DNA from: an uncultured Gemmatimonadales bacterium
GTDB lineage: Bacteria; Gemmatimonadota; Gemmatimonadetes; Longimicrobiales; RSA9
DNA length: 64,000 nucleotides
Assembly (NCBI GenBank): GCA_963798085.1
Contig: CAWCRS010000009.1
Coordinates: 192,001 to 256,000, forward strand
Direction of reading: 5' to 3'
The notes under the pieces are model-generated. The model ran no database searches and was not told the origin of the DNA. It saw nothing but the letters and a program-made list of their open reading frames with translations. Every line of letters begins with the position of its first letter. The stretch's first letter is position 1. This document shows positions 11,680-20,490 of this stretch, piece after piece. The position numbers and the translations under genes are program-made.

Positions 11680-12956
11680 GATGCCCGTCCCACCACGAGC
11701 GATGTGCTCAGCCCGCCGAAGCCGAAGGAGTTGGACAGGGCAATGTCAATGGGCTGTTCGCGCGCGTGGTTGGGCACGAAATCGAGATCCAGCGCCGGAT
11801 CGGGGTCATCGAGGTTAATGGTCGGATGCAGCACGCCCTGCTCGAGTTGCATGACGGTGGCGACCAGCTCGACAATGCCCGCGGCGCTCAGGCAGTGACC
11901 GGTCAGGGACTTTGTCGAATTGATAGCGAGGTTCCATGCGTGGCGGCCGAACACCTCCTTGAGCGAATCCACCTCGGTGGCATCACCCAGCGGCGTGGAG
12001 GCGGCGTGTGCGTTCACATAGTCGACCTGATCGGGCGTCACGCGCGCGTCGTCCAGCGCGCCGCGAATGGCGCGCACCTGTCCGGCAATGCGCGGTTTGG
12101 GCAGCCGCGAAGCGTCCGACGCGGCGGCGCCGCCCAGCATGTGCGCCCGCAGATGGGCGCCGCGCGCCCGCGCGCTGGCTTCCGTTTCCAGCACTACGGC
12201 CGCGCCCGCGTGACTGGGGACGAAGCCCTCACGGCGCATGTCGAAGGGACGGCTGGCGCGGTTCGGCTCGTCGTTGAAGGAACGGTACGAGATGGCATCG
12301 AGCATGGCCCACGCGTGCAGCGTCACGGGGTCGACATCGCCCAGCGCGCCGGTCACTAACACGGCATCAGCACGGCCCAGGCGCAGCATGTCCATGGCCG
12401 TGAGCATGGCCACGTTGCCGCTGGCGCAGGCGTTGCCCGCCAGCAGGCTGGGTCCGCCCAGGCCGAGGATCTCGCAGACAATGGCCACGACGTCGGTGTC
12501 CATTGCCAGCACGCCGTACAGCGGGTCGATGAACTCGGGCTCCTCCTGGAAGGCGAGGTGGTTCCGGTAGGAGAAGCCCGCGACGATGTTGTTGCCGCCC
12601 GTGACATGACCCACGCGCTCGAGGTTCACCGAGCCATCGAGGATGCCGGCATCCACCGCGGCCTGGCAGGCGGCCGAGGCCGTCACCCGCCCGGAGAGCG
12701 TGCAGGCGCGCAACGAGCGCCGTGCGCGCTCGATCAGCTGCGATGGATAGCAGGCGCCCGCGCAATCCAGATGCGCAGTGAGGTCGAAGTCACTCAGGTC
12801 GCCGAGCAGCAGTGCGTACTCGTCGTCGCGCACGTTGCGGCGCCGCGAGATGCCCGACCTGCCCGCCACCAGCGAGGCGAAGAACTGGTCCGGGGTCTGC
12901 CCGATCGTGGACACGATCCCAATGCCGGTAATGACGATTCCCCGATCATGCTTCAC
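11676..12956 (-). CDS. Free-standing beta-ketoacyl-ACP synthase, PksF-like
   Basis: IVITGIG; GNACASG (Cys), NAHAASTPLGD (His), NSTKSLTGHCLSAAG (His), SNSFGFGG. Confidence 0.9.
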   Translation of the reverse strand: MKHDRGIVITGIGIVSTIGQTPDQFFASLVAGRSGISRRRNVRDDEYALLLGDLSDFDLTAHLDCAGACYPSQLIERARRSLRACTLSGRVTASAACQAAVDAGILDGSVNLERVGHVTGGNNIVAGFSYRNHLAFQEEPEFIDPLYGVLAMDTDVVAIVCEILGLGGPSLLAGNACASGNVAMLTAMDMLRLGRADAVLVTGALGDVDPVTLHAWAMLDAISYRSFNDEPNRASRPFDMRREGFVPSHAGAAVVLETEASARARGAHLRAHMLGGAAASDASRLPKPRIAGQVRAIRGALDDARVTPDQVDYVNAHAASTPLGDATEVDSLKEVFGRHAWNLAINSTKSLTGHCLSAAGIVELVATVMQLEQGVLHPTINLDDPDPALDLDFVPNHAREQPIDIALSNSFGFGGLSTSLVVGRAS

Positions 12957-13030
12957 GGCTCATACCTCCTCTGCCACGGCGAGGAACAGGACTCAGTCAG
13001 CGGACGTCACGCGCAATGCCCAGGATGTAC

Positions 13031-13729
13031 TCACCATCCGTCCGTCTCAGCGTGCGCAGTCTCACGTACAACTGTGTTAGTGGTCCGCCCCGGCCAGGTT
13101 CGTCGCGCCCGCACGATGGCGCGGCCCGCCTCTGCATCGAATGACTCCAGCTCGACCACGTCGGGCCCGGCTGCGGGCGGCAGGCGGAGTGCCTTCCATG
13201 CGGCTTCCTTCGCCACCCACGCGCACAATCCCGCGCGCGATTCAGCGAGGCCGGACGACAGGATCAGGCGCTGCTCCCGGCGCGAGAACGCGTAGGGGCT
13301 GTGCGCGACGTCGGTCTCACGCGCCCGCTCGAGATCAATGCCAACGCGCGTGGTCGTGGGTGCACGCTTCCCGGTGCCCACCTCGCCGCGCCAGGCCAGT
13401 GCCACGGCAAGGCGTGCCGAATGGGCAATCGCCACGCGCATCCCGACCGCCCCCGCGACTTCGGGAGCGCCGTGCGCGTCGTTGCGCACCCATGCGTGCG
13501 CTGACGCAATGTCGCCCAGTCGCGCGATGGCGAGCTGTGCGGCGCGGCGCCCGAGAGCGAACTGGCGCCGCCGGCCGGCTTCATGCGCGGCAGCGGCGGC
13601 CCGCTCGTTCTCGTGCAATGGCGCTTCCAGCGCAGCGAGCGTGCGGCCGGCATCGGCGCAGAGGGCGATCGCGAACCCGGAGCTGCGTCGTCGCCTGTCA
13701 GGCAGGGCGTCAGCCACAGGCGTGGACAT
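13031..13729 (-). CDS. Sfp-type 4'-phosphopantetheinyl transferase
   Basis: FALGRRAA, GAPEV, VAIAHS, VGIDLE, WVAKEAAWKA motifs. C-terminus may be frameshifted. Confidence 0.85.
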   Translation of the reverse strand: MSTPVADALPDRRRRSSGFAIALCADAGRTLAALEAPLHENERAAAAAHEAGRRRQFALGRRAAQLAIARLGDIASAHAWVRNDAHGAPEVAGAVGMRVAIAHSARLAVALAWRGEVGTGKRAPTTTRVGIDLERARETDVAHSPYAFSRREQRLILSSGLAESRAGLCAWVAKEAAWKALRLPPAAGPDVVELESFDAEAGRAIVRARRTWPGRTTNTVVRETAHAETDGW

Positions 13730-13735
13730 TCGCGA

Positions 13736-13997
13736 TCACACCGGCTGGGTGGTGACTTCGGGTGCGTTCTCCAGCAGTGTCAGCAGGTCGCCCAGGTTCT
13801 TCGCCTGCGCGAGGTCCGTGCGCTTGATCTTGCGACGACACTGCTTCATGCTGCGCGACACGACCTCCACCATTCTCGAGCGAGTCCGCGCCGAAGTCGC
13901 GCATGGAGTGCTGCTCGGTGATCTCCTTGCCGCGGGCACCCTCGATGATCGCCTGGATGTTGCCCTTGATCACCTCGAAGATCGCTTCTCTGGTCAC
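13736..13997 (-). CDS. Acyl carrier protein, AcpK-like (donor-ACP type), frameshift near 13873
   Basis: MTREAIFEVIKGNIQAII...MRDFGADSLE|MVEVVSRSM...KIKRTDLAQAKNLGDLLTLL. GADS phosphopantetheine site; AGAGGAGG RBS. Confidence 0.85.
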
Positions 13998-14013
13998 AGT
14001 CGCCTCCTCTGTC

Positions 14014-14565
14014 TCAGGTTGCGGGAACGTACGCCGAAAGCGCAGTCGCCGAGCACACCTCGCCGCGCTGCAGACACTGTCCGACCACGGTGTAGAACAG
14101 CCCATCCTCGGCGCCGGCGACGATGATCTCGACCGGTGCGCCGGGCGTGATGGGGCGCACGAAGCGCGCGCCCAGGATGTGCGTAGCCGCGACTTCCACC
14201 AGCGGCTCATCGCGCTGCAGTGCGAGGAGCAGACAGCCCGCCTGTGCCACGGCCTCCGCCTGCAGCACGCCCGGCCACAGCGGCCTTCCGGGGAAATGGC
14301 CCGCTAACACCGCAGCAGCACGGGCAATGTCGTAGCAGGCCACCATCAGGCCCGCTTCGCGGTCGAGCGCGGTCACCTGATCCACGAGCAGAAACGGATC
14401 GCGGTGCGGCAGCAGACGTTCGATGCCGGCGAGGTCGAGCAGCGGCAGCGCTGCTTCCGTTGCCGGCGGCACCAGCCGCGAGCGGCTGGCCTCGCGCAGC
14501 AGTGCTGCCACCGCATCCGGATCGAGCGGCGTCACGAGGCGGGCGGACGAGACGAGAGCCGTCAC
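14014..14565 (-). CDS. fabZ: FabZ-like 3-hydroxyacyl-ACP dehydratase
   Basis: LLPHRDPFLLVD and GHFPGRPLWPGVLQAEAVAQ motifs. GTGA overlap with the upstream SDR. Confidence 0.88.
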   Translation of the reverse strand: MTALVSSARLVTPLDPDAVAALLREASRSRLVPPATEAALPLLDLAGIERLLPHRDPFLLVDQVTALDREAGLMVACYDIARAAAVLAGHFPGRPLWPGVLQAEAVAQAGCLLLALQRDEPLVEVAATHILGARFVRPITPGAPVEIIVAGAEDGLFYTVVGQCLQRGEVCSATALSAYVPAT

Positions 14566-15392
14566 GGTGTCGTCGCCTGCAATGGGGCGGCGGATTCCGT
14601 GCGTGCCTTGTCGAACAGGAAATGCGTGGGCCCGAGCAGCGACCAGCCTTCGTCCACGACAATGACCTGTCCTGTGACCGCGTCCATCAGACCGGAGCAC
14701 AGCGCCACGCATACGCCTGCCACCCGCCGCGGATCGAGCAGCATTTCCGACGCGTCGCGCGCCAGCGCATCGACCGCGGCATCGCCCAGTACGGCGCGCA
14801 GGCTGGCGGTGTCCATGAAGCCCGGCCGCACGGCATTCACGCACACGCCCTCGGAGCGCAGCCGGACAGCGAGGTAGCGGACCATCGTCTCGAGTGTGGC
14901 CTTGGCCGCGCCGGCGAGGTCGTAGCCGGGATGGCAGACGATGCCGCCGTCGCTGCTCACCGCGATCACATGGCGAGGCATTCGGGGCAGCACGTCGCGG
15001 GCCAGCTGGACCAGCTCGACCAGCGGCCACGATGAATAGCGCAGCGACAGCTCGAGCGCACCGCGCCGCAGATCGTCCAGCTCGCCGGTCACCTTGGCAA
15101 ACGCGACATTACTCACGATCGCGTCGAGACGGCCGTAGCGGCGCGCGATGCCCTGCAGCAACTCGCGGGTCGAGTCGGCATCGCTGGCATCGCACTCGAG
15201 GATCCAGGGCGGAAGGCCGCCCTCGGCGCCGAATTCGGCGAGCAGCTCATCCTCGTCCGCGCTGCCCCAGCGGTGCGTCAGCACGACCTGCGCGCCACGG
15301 CGGGCGAACTCGAGGCCCACGGCCTTGCCGAAGCCGCGCGTGCCGCCCGTGATCAGCACCACCTGGTACATCGCGCCATCGTGCATCGTCAT
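14562..15392 (-). CDS. SDR, FabL/FabI-like enoyl-ACP reductase
   Basis: ITGGTRGFG; SSDGGIVCHPGYDLAGAAKATLE shows the Y-x6-K spacing typical of enoyl-ACP reductases. Confidence 0.75.
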   Translation of the reverse strand: MTMHDGAMYQVVLITGGTRGFGKAVGLEFARRGAQVVLTHRWGSADEDELLAEFGAEGGLPPWILECDASDADSTRELLQGIARRYGRLDAIVSNVAFAKVTGELDDLRRGALELSLRYSSWPLVELVQLARDVLPRMPRHVIAVSSDGGIVCHPGYDLAGAAKATLETMVRYLAVRLRSEGVCVNAVRPGFMDTASLRAVLGDAAVDALARDASEMLLDPRRVAGVCVALCSGLMDAVTGQVIVVDEGWSLLGPTHFLFDKARTESAAPLQATTP

Positions 15393-16156
15393 TCCTCCGC
15401 CGCCCCGGTGGGTGCACCGTACACCGCCGCAATGCGGGACTGGATTCTGGTCATGCCCATGAGCGTGATCTGCGCGCGGCGCTCCTGCTCCGCCGCGCCC
15501 AGCACGGCGTCACGACGGCGTTGCAGTATCAGCCGCTTGAGTGCGACCAGCGTCTCGCGCGGCACATCGGCGATCTCGCCCGCGATCTCGAGCGCGCGCG
15601 ATCGGACATGCGTGCGCGGCAGCACTGCGTGCGCGAGTGGCGTGCCCGCGCGCGCCAGCTCGCGTCCCTTCATGAGCCGGCCTGTGAACAGCATCTCGCG
15701 CGCGAGCGGCTCGCCCATTGCCTCGGCCAGCAGCACGCTCGAGCCCATGCCGGGCGTGAAGCCGAGCGACACGAAGTTGGCGCCGTAGAGACTCTCCTCC
15801 GCGAGCAGCGTGATGTCGCAGCAGAGCGCCATGGCGAGGCCGCCGCCCAGCGCGTGGCCGGCGGCGACTGCGATCAGGGGCAGCTCGATCCCGAACAGCA
15901 CACGCGGTATCTCGGCGACCAGCGCGGGCACCGCGCTCTGTGCATCGGGTCCCACCAGCAGCTCGCGGCTGCCGCCCGCCGAGAAGTAGGTCGCGCCGCC
16001 TTCGAGCAGGATCACGCGCGTGTCCGGCTCGGCCGCTGCCGCGTGCAGCACAGCGGCCAGCTCGGCGGGCGTCCAGTCGAAGTGCGACTCCGCATTCGTC
16101 GACACCGCGACCGAGAGCACGCCCGGCGAGAGGCTGCGCAGCACGGGCATCGTCAT
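15389..16156 (-). CDS. Enoyl-CoA hydratase-like decarboxylase (PksI/ECH2-like)
   Basis: YFSAGGSRELL, GHALGGG, ANFVSLGFTPGMG (PksI-type signature). C-terminal part of ORF 15389..17020. Confidence 0.85.
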   Translation of the reverse strand: MTMPVLRSLSPGVLSVAVSTNAESHFDWTPAELAAVLHAAAAEPDTRVILLEGGATYFSAGGSRELLVGPDAQSAVPALVAEIPRVLFGIELPLIAVAAGHALGGGLAMALCCDITLLAEESLYGANFVSLGFTPGMGSSVLLAEAMGEPLAREMLFTGRLMKGRELARAGTPLAHAVLPRTHVRSRALEIAGEIADVPRETLVALKRLILQRRRDAVLGAAEQERRAQITLMGMTRIQSRIAAVYGAPTGAAEE

Positions 16157-16950
16157 GCGACGCACTGCAGCAGCCCGCCCGTCGCCAGCAGCGCCTGCCC
16201 GTTGAAGTGACGCGACGCATCCGACGCCAGGAACAGCACGGTGCCGGCCATCTCCGCGGCCGAGCCCGCGCGCCGCTGCGGGCAGTACTCGAGCCAGAAG
16301 GCACGGGTGCGCGGGTTCAGGCCCTGCGCCAGCTCCGTGTCGACATAACCGGCGATTACCATGTTGGCGCGGATCCGGTCGCCGGCGAACTCCCGGGCAA
16401 TGGCCTGCGTCATGCCCAGCAGAGCGCCCTTGCTGGCGCCGTAGCTGCTGTTGTTCGCAGTGCCCTGCTGCGCGATCGAGCCGACCGTGACGAGGGTCGC
16501 CGGCCGGCCGGCGGCGCGCGCACCGCACACCAGCTCGCGCGCCACCAGCAGACAGCCTGTCAGGTTGGTGGCGACGACACGGTCCCATTCCGCGACGCTG
16601 TGCGAGACCAGCAGCTCGGCAGCGCTCGTGCCGGCGTTGTTGATCGCCACATCGACGGGCCCGAACCGGGTCCGCGCAGTCTCGAACAGCCGCGCCACAT
16701 CGTCGGCGTTCGACACATCCGCCTGCAGCGTGCACACGCGGCCTTCGCCCACGAGTGTGGCCGCCGCAGCTTCGACCTGAGAACCGCCGCGTTCGATCTG
16801 GCGCGCGCAGCACATCACGCGTGCACCCCGGCTCGCCGCTTCCAGCACAATGGCCCGGCCGATGCCGCGCGTGCCACCGGTCACGATGACAACGCGGTCT
16901 TCCAGCGCGCGCGCAGCCTGCGCGTGCCGCACGGGCGCGGTCGCGCTCAC
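16153..16950 (-). CDS. SDR, FabG-like 3-oxoacyl-ACP reductase
   Basis: VTGGTRGIG, INNAG, YGASK catalytic motif. Confidence 0.88.
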   Translation of the reverse strand: MSATAPVRHAQAARALEDRVVIVTGGTRGIGRAIVLEAASRGARVMCCARQIERGGSQVEAAAATLVGEGRVCTLQADVSNADDVARLFETARTRFGPVDVAINNAGTSAAELLVSHSVAEWDRVVATNLTGCLLVARELVCGARAAGRPATLVTVGSIAQQGTANNSSYGASKGALLGMTQAIAREFAGDRIRANMVIAGYVDTELAQGLNPRTRAFWLEYCPQRRAGSAAEMAGTVLFLASDASRHFNGQALLATGGLLQCVA

Positions 16951-17699
16951 GCGGTCGCTCCCGCCAGCCAGGGCGCATCGCCCGCGACGAACCGCGCCAT
17001 CCGGTCACGCGTCGCTTCACTAACGCCGAGCTTGATCGCCTCGGCGCGCGCCGCGCTAGCGTACGGCGAGTCGAACAGACAGGTATCCGCCACCACGCGC
17101 TTCACGGCGGCAATCGAGCGGGCGTCCATGCGGCGGAAACGCGCCGCGTACCTTGCGGCGGCGGCGTCGAGGTCGTCGACAACCTCATCGACGAGGCCAA
17201 TGCGCAGTGCGGCTTCCGCATCGAGCGTGGGCCCGCCCATGGCGAGCCGTCGCGCGTGCGCGCTGCTGACGCGCGTACGCAGCGACACGAACGCGAACAC
17301 GGGAATGAGTCCAATGAGGGCTTCGGGCAGCGCGAAGACCGCGCGTCGTGTGGCCAGCACCACGTCAGCGGCGGCGGCCACGCCCAGGCCTCCGCCCATC
17401 GCGGGGCCATCCACGAGTGCCAGCACGGGCCGCGCACAGCGACCGATCGCGGTCACCAGCTCGCCATAGCGGTCGAGGGCTTCACCCAGTGTGGCTGCCG
17501 CCGCCGTTTCGAGCAGCGGCGCGATGGTCTCGAGCGGCAGCCCCCGGCAGAACTCGCCGTCAGCGCCTTCGAGCGTCACTACGCTCGGCGCTTGCGCACC
17601 GCGCAACGCCGCTGACACGCGTGCTACGAGGTCGGGGCTCAGCCGTGGCTGGCCCTCGCCATCGCGCAGCACGAGGCGCAGCCGGTCAGCTGCGGACAT
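16947..17699 (-). CDS. Enoyl-CoA hydratase-like dehydratase (PksH/ECH1-like)
   Basis: FCRG, DGPAMGGGLGVAAAAD, FALPEALIGLIP, C-terminal RFVAGDAPW. Confidence 0.85.
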   Translation of the reverse strand: MSAADRLRLVLRDGEGQPRLSPDLVARVSAALRGAQAPSVVTLEGADGEFCRGLPLETIAPLLETAAAATLGEALDRYGELVTAIGRCARPVLALVDGPAMGGGLGVAAAADVVLATRRAVFALPEALIGLIPVFAFVSLRTRVSSAHARRLAMGGPTLDAEAALRIGLVDEVVDDLDAAAARYAARFRRMDARSIAAVKRVVADTCLFDSPYASAARAEAIKLGVSEATRDRMARFVAGDAPWLAGATA

Positions 17700-18912
17700 A
17701 GTGACGGAAGAAGTTGTCGACACGATCCAGGACGAGCCGGTCGCGTGACTCATACGCTTCGTGGTAGCGCCACGCCGCCACGGAGCGGTCCGGAACAAAG
17801 CTGTCGGCAGTAAGGCTGCCGTACACACCGGCGGCCGCCGCATCCAGCTCCGCGACCGAGACTTCGTGACGCGCAGCCAGCGCTGCGCCGACGCGGCGCT
17901 TCGCCATGATGGCACTCGCTGTCGGCGCCACCGTGCCGCTGAGCACTTCCGCCAATGCGCCCGATCCGTAGGAGAACATGCCAATGCGCTCGCCGGCATC
18001 GCCTTCCGCGAGACTGTCGAGAATGCCGATCAGCGAGAGGAACACGCAGCCGGAGTAGGTATTGCCCACCAGTCGCGTGTAGGTGAGCGAAGGCCTGACC
18101 ATGCGCTCGAAGCTGGCGGACACATCGGCATCGGACGCGTCGGGCTTGTCACCCTGCATCAGCGCGCGATGCGCCTGCTGCACCAGCCAGACCAGCGGCG
18201 TGTGGAACGCCATGTAGCGGAAATGCTGCTCGAAGCGCACCGGTCCCGCCTGGTTGCGATACTGCTCCCACGCCAGGTCGAGCATGTCGAGGTACGCCGA
18301 GACGGAACGCAGCGGATCGCCTGCTTCCTGCAACGGGCGAGGCCGGCGCAGGTCACGCACGTCATCCGCCGCGCAGCCTTCCACGGGATCGAGATTCAGA
18401 ACACGCGGGTCGCTCGACACCACGATCGCCACAGACCCCTCGCCCGACGTCATCTCCGCCGGGTGATGCGGGCGGCGTCCGGCCAGATCCGTGGTGACCA
18501 CGAGCGCCCGGCGGCCGCGCGCAATGCCCGAACGCACCCATGCGGCGGCCAGCTGGAGCGCAGTGACACCCGCATAACACGCGTTTTTCAGTTCGACATG
18601 CCGGCACGACGTGGACAGGCCGAGTCCCTGATGGACGTGCGTGCTGATGGGAATGCCGTAGTCCAGCGCCGTTTCGGTTGCGACCAGCAGCAGGCCGAAG
18701 CTTTCGCGGCCGGCCGCGCGCACCAGCGGATCCGCCGAGTTGACCGCCAGCGTCACGGGGTCCTCGAAAGGCGGCACCACCGACCGGCGCACGAACTGCG
18801 CGTGCCCACGCTCGCGTTCCGTCAGCCCGCGCTCGCGCGCGATCGCGTCATAACTGATGGTCAGCGGACCCGTGTACAGATTGATGTCGTCGATTCCGAC
18901 CGCACCGATCAT
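17686..18912 (-). CDS. HMG-CoA synthase-like protein (PksG/HMGS-like)
   Basis: EDPVTLAVN, ATET (Glu), ELKNACYAG (Cys), MAFHTP (His), VGNTYSG, FSYGSG. Confidence 0.92.
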   Translation of the reverse strand: MIGAVGIDDINLYTGPLTISYDAIARERGLTERERGHAQFVRRSVVPPFEDPVTLAVNSADPLVRAAGRESFGLLLVATETALDYGIPISTHVHQGLGLSTSCRHVELKNACYAGVTALQLAAAWVRSGIARGRRALVVTTDLAGRRPHHPAEMTSGEGSVAIVVSSDPRVLNLDPVEGCAADDVRDLRRPRPLQEAGDPLRSVSAYLDMLDLAWEQYRNQAGPVRFEQHFRYMAFHTPLVWLVQQAHRALMQGDKPDASDADVSASFERMVRPSLTYTRLVGNTYSGCVFLSLIGILDSLAEGDAGERIGMFSYGSGALAEVLSGTVAPTASAIMAKRRVGAALAARHEVSVAELDAAAAGVYGSLTADSFVPDRSVAAWRYHEAYESRDRLVLDRVDNFFRHYVRS

Positions 18913-19147
18913 GGGCCGTGCTCCTCGCAGCGGGTGACTGCTCGCTCCCCGCAGAAGTAACGGACCCTCGGCGCGCGATTCTCACGGGGTCGTCCGCCCA
19001 GGCGTCACGCCGCGGGGAGTCCGCGACGCGTCCGGGTGGCCGCCGTGGCGCCCGGCGTCGCCGGGGACAGGCACCCGACCCCGCGAGCGCCGCCATCCAT
19101 CACTGCCGGGTCGCCCTCGGGACAGGCTGGCTGTTAGGGTTGCGGGC

Positions 19148-20320
19148 ATGTCGACATCGACGCTTCGCCTGGATTACGCCGGCCGACTGCTCTGCGTGCC
19201 GGCATTCGGCCTGCTCGCGGGTGCGCTCGCCGCACGCGCGCAGGCGCCGCTGGAAGCGCCCCGGCTGGAGACAGTCGCCACGGGCGTGTACGTGCTGCAC
19301 AACCCGCGCGCCAACGAGTCCTGGCCACAGGGTAACACGGTGATAGTGGTGGGCGACCGGGCGGCGCTGGTTGTCGACGCGGACTACCTGCCCGGCACCG
19401 CACGCGCCGATATCGACATCATCCGTCGTCTCACCGACAAGCCTGTGCGCTACCTCGTCAACACGCACTGGCACTACGACCACACCAACGGCAACTACGT
19501 GTATCGCGCGGCGTTTCCGGGCCTCTCGATCATTGCGCACCCGGAGACGCGGCGACTGCTGCGCGAGAACGCGCCGCGCTACCTCGCCTCGGTACTCGCG
19601 CCCGAGTCGCCCGTGCGCAAGTCGGTGGCGAATTCGAAGAAGGTGCTGGCCGATCTCGCCGCGAAGGGCGACACGACGGGTCGCGCGCTGTACCAGCAGC
19701 GCCTGGCACAGCGCGAGCTGGAGCTGCGCGAAATTGCGCAGGTGCACGTCGACCTGCCCGACCTGCTGGTGGAACACGAATTGACGATCGACCTGGGCGG
19801 GCGCGAGGTGGTCATTCGACACCTGGGCCGGGGCAACACACCAGGCGATCTCGTGATCTGGCTGCCGCAGGAGCACATCATCGCCACGGGCGACATCGTC
19901 GTCTCACCCATGCCGTACGCCTACAACTCGAGTCCCGGCAGCTGGCTCGGCGTGCTGGATGCGATCCTCGCGCTGCAGCCGCGCGCGCTGCTGCCCGGCC
20001 ACGGCGAAGTGCAGCGCCCGGCCGATGCACCAGGCGCAGCCCATGCGGGTACCGGCGCGGCGGAGCCTGCTAATGTCGCGTTCGTGCGATCGCTGGACTA
20101 CACGCGCGCCGTGCGCGACATGATCGCGGATGTGGTGGACAGAGTGCGCACCGCGTATCGCGCCGGGAAAACGGAAGACGAAGCACGCGCGTCGATCGAC
20201 TTCACCGCGTACCTGCGGCGCCTTGCCGGCGAGGACGAGTTCCTGCAGCAGGTGTTTACCAGCTCGATCGTGACGGCACTGGTGGACCGCGCGTGGGCGG
20301 AGGCGGGGGGCGGCACGTAG
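19148..20320 (+). CDS. Exported MBL-fold metallo-hydrolase (cyclase-like)
   Basis: Signal-peptide-like N-terminus; NTHWHYDH, TGD, PGHG motifs. Confidence 0.85.
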   Translation: MSTSTLRLDYAGRLLCVPAFGLLAGALAARAQAPLEAPRLETVATGVYVLHNPRANESWPQGNTVIVVGDRAALVVDADYLPGTARADIDIIRRLTDKPVRYLVNTHWHYDHTNGNYVYRAAFPGLSIIAHPETRRLLRENAPRYLASVLAPESPVRKSVANSKKVLADLAAKGDTTGRALYQQRLAQRELELREIAQVHVDLPDLLVEHELTIDLGGREVVIRHLGRGNTPGDLVIWLPQEHIIATGDIVVSPMPYAYNSSPGSWLGVLDAILALQPRALLPGHGEVQRPADAPGAAHAGTGAAEPANVAFVRSLDYTRAVRDMIADVVDRVRTAYRAGKTEDEARASIDFTAYLRRLAGEDEFLQQVFTSSIVTALVDRAWAEAGGGT

Positions 20321-20490
20321 CGGAGCAGGTCGAGGACCTCAGCGCGCGTGCGTGAGAGCACGGGCGAACCGGCTGCCGCAGGGCGGGTAGCAACGGCGCA
20401 CCCACACGCCGGCGGACTGCTGATGCGCCACCCGGAAAGACACGGCTGCCTCATCGGCGCGCACACTGCGCCCGCCGCACACGCGCCCTC

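Noticed and set aside
15389..17020. 543-aa ORF as a fusion protein
   Set aside because: Only the last 255 codons are ECH2. The upstream part is an alternative frame over the KR gene.
17686..18912. HMGS as part of a mevalonate pathway
   Set aside because: No HMG-CoA reductase or mevalonate kinases are nearby; the context is ACP/KS/ECH.
19148..20320. MBL hydrolase as the release thioesterase of the beta-branching cluster, or as a beta-lactamase
   Set aside because: It is divergently transcribed with an apparent signal peptide and looks like a generic cyclase-like MBL. Nothing in the sequence supports either role.
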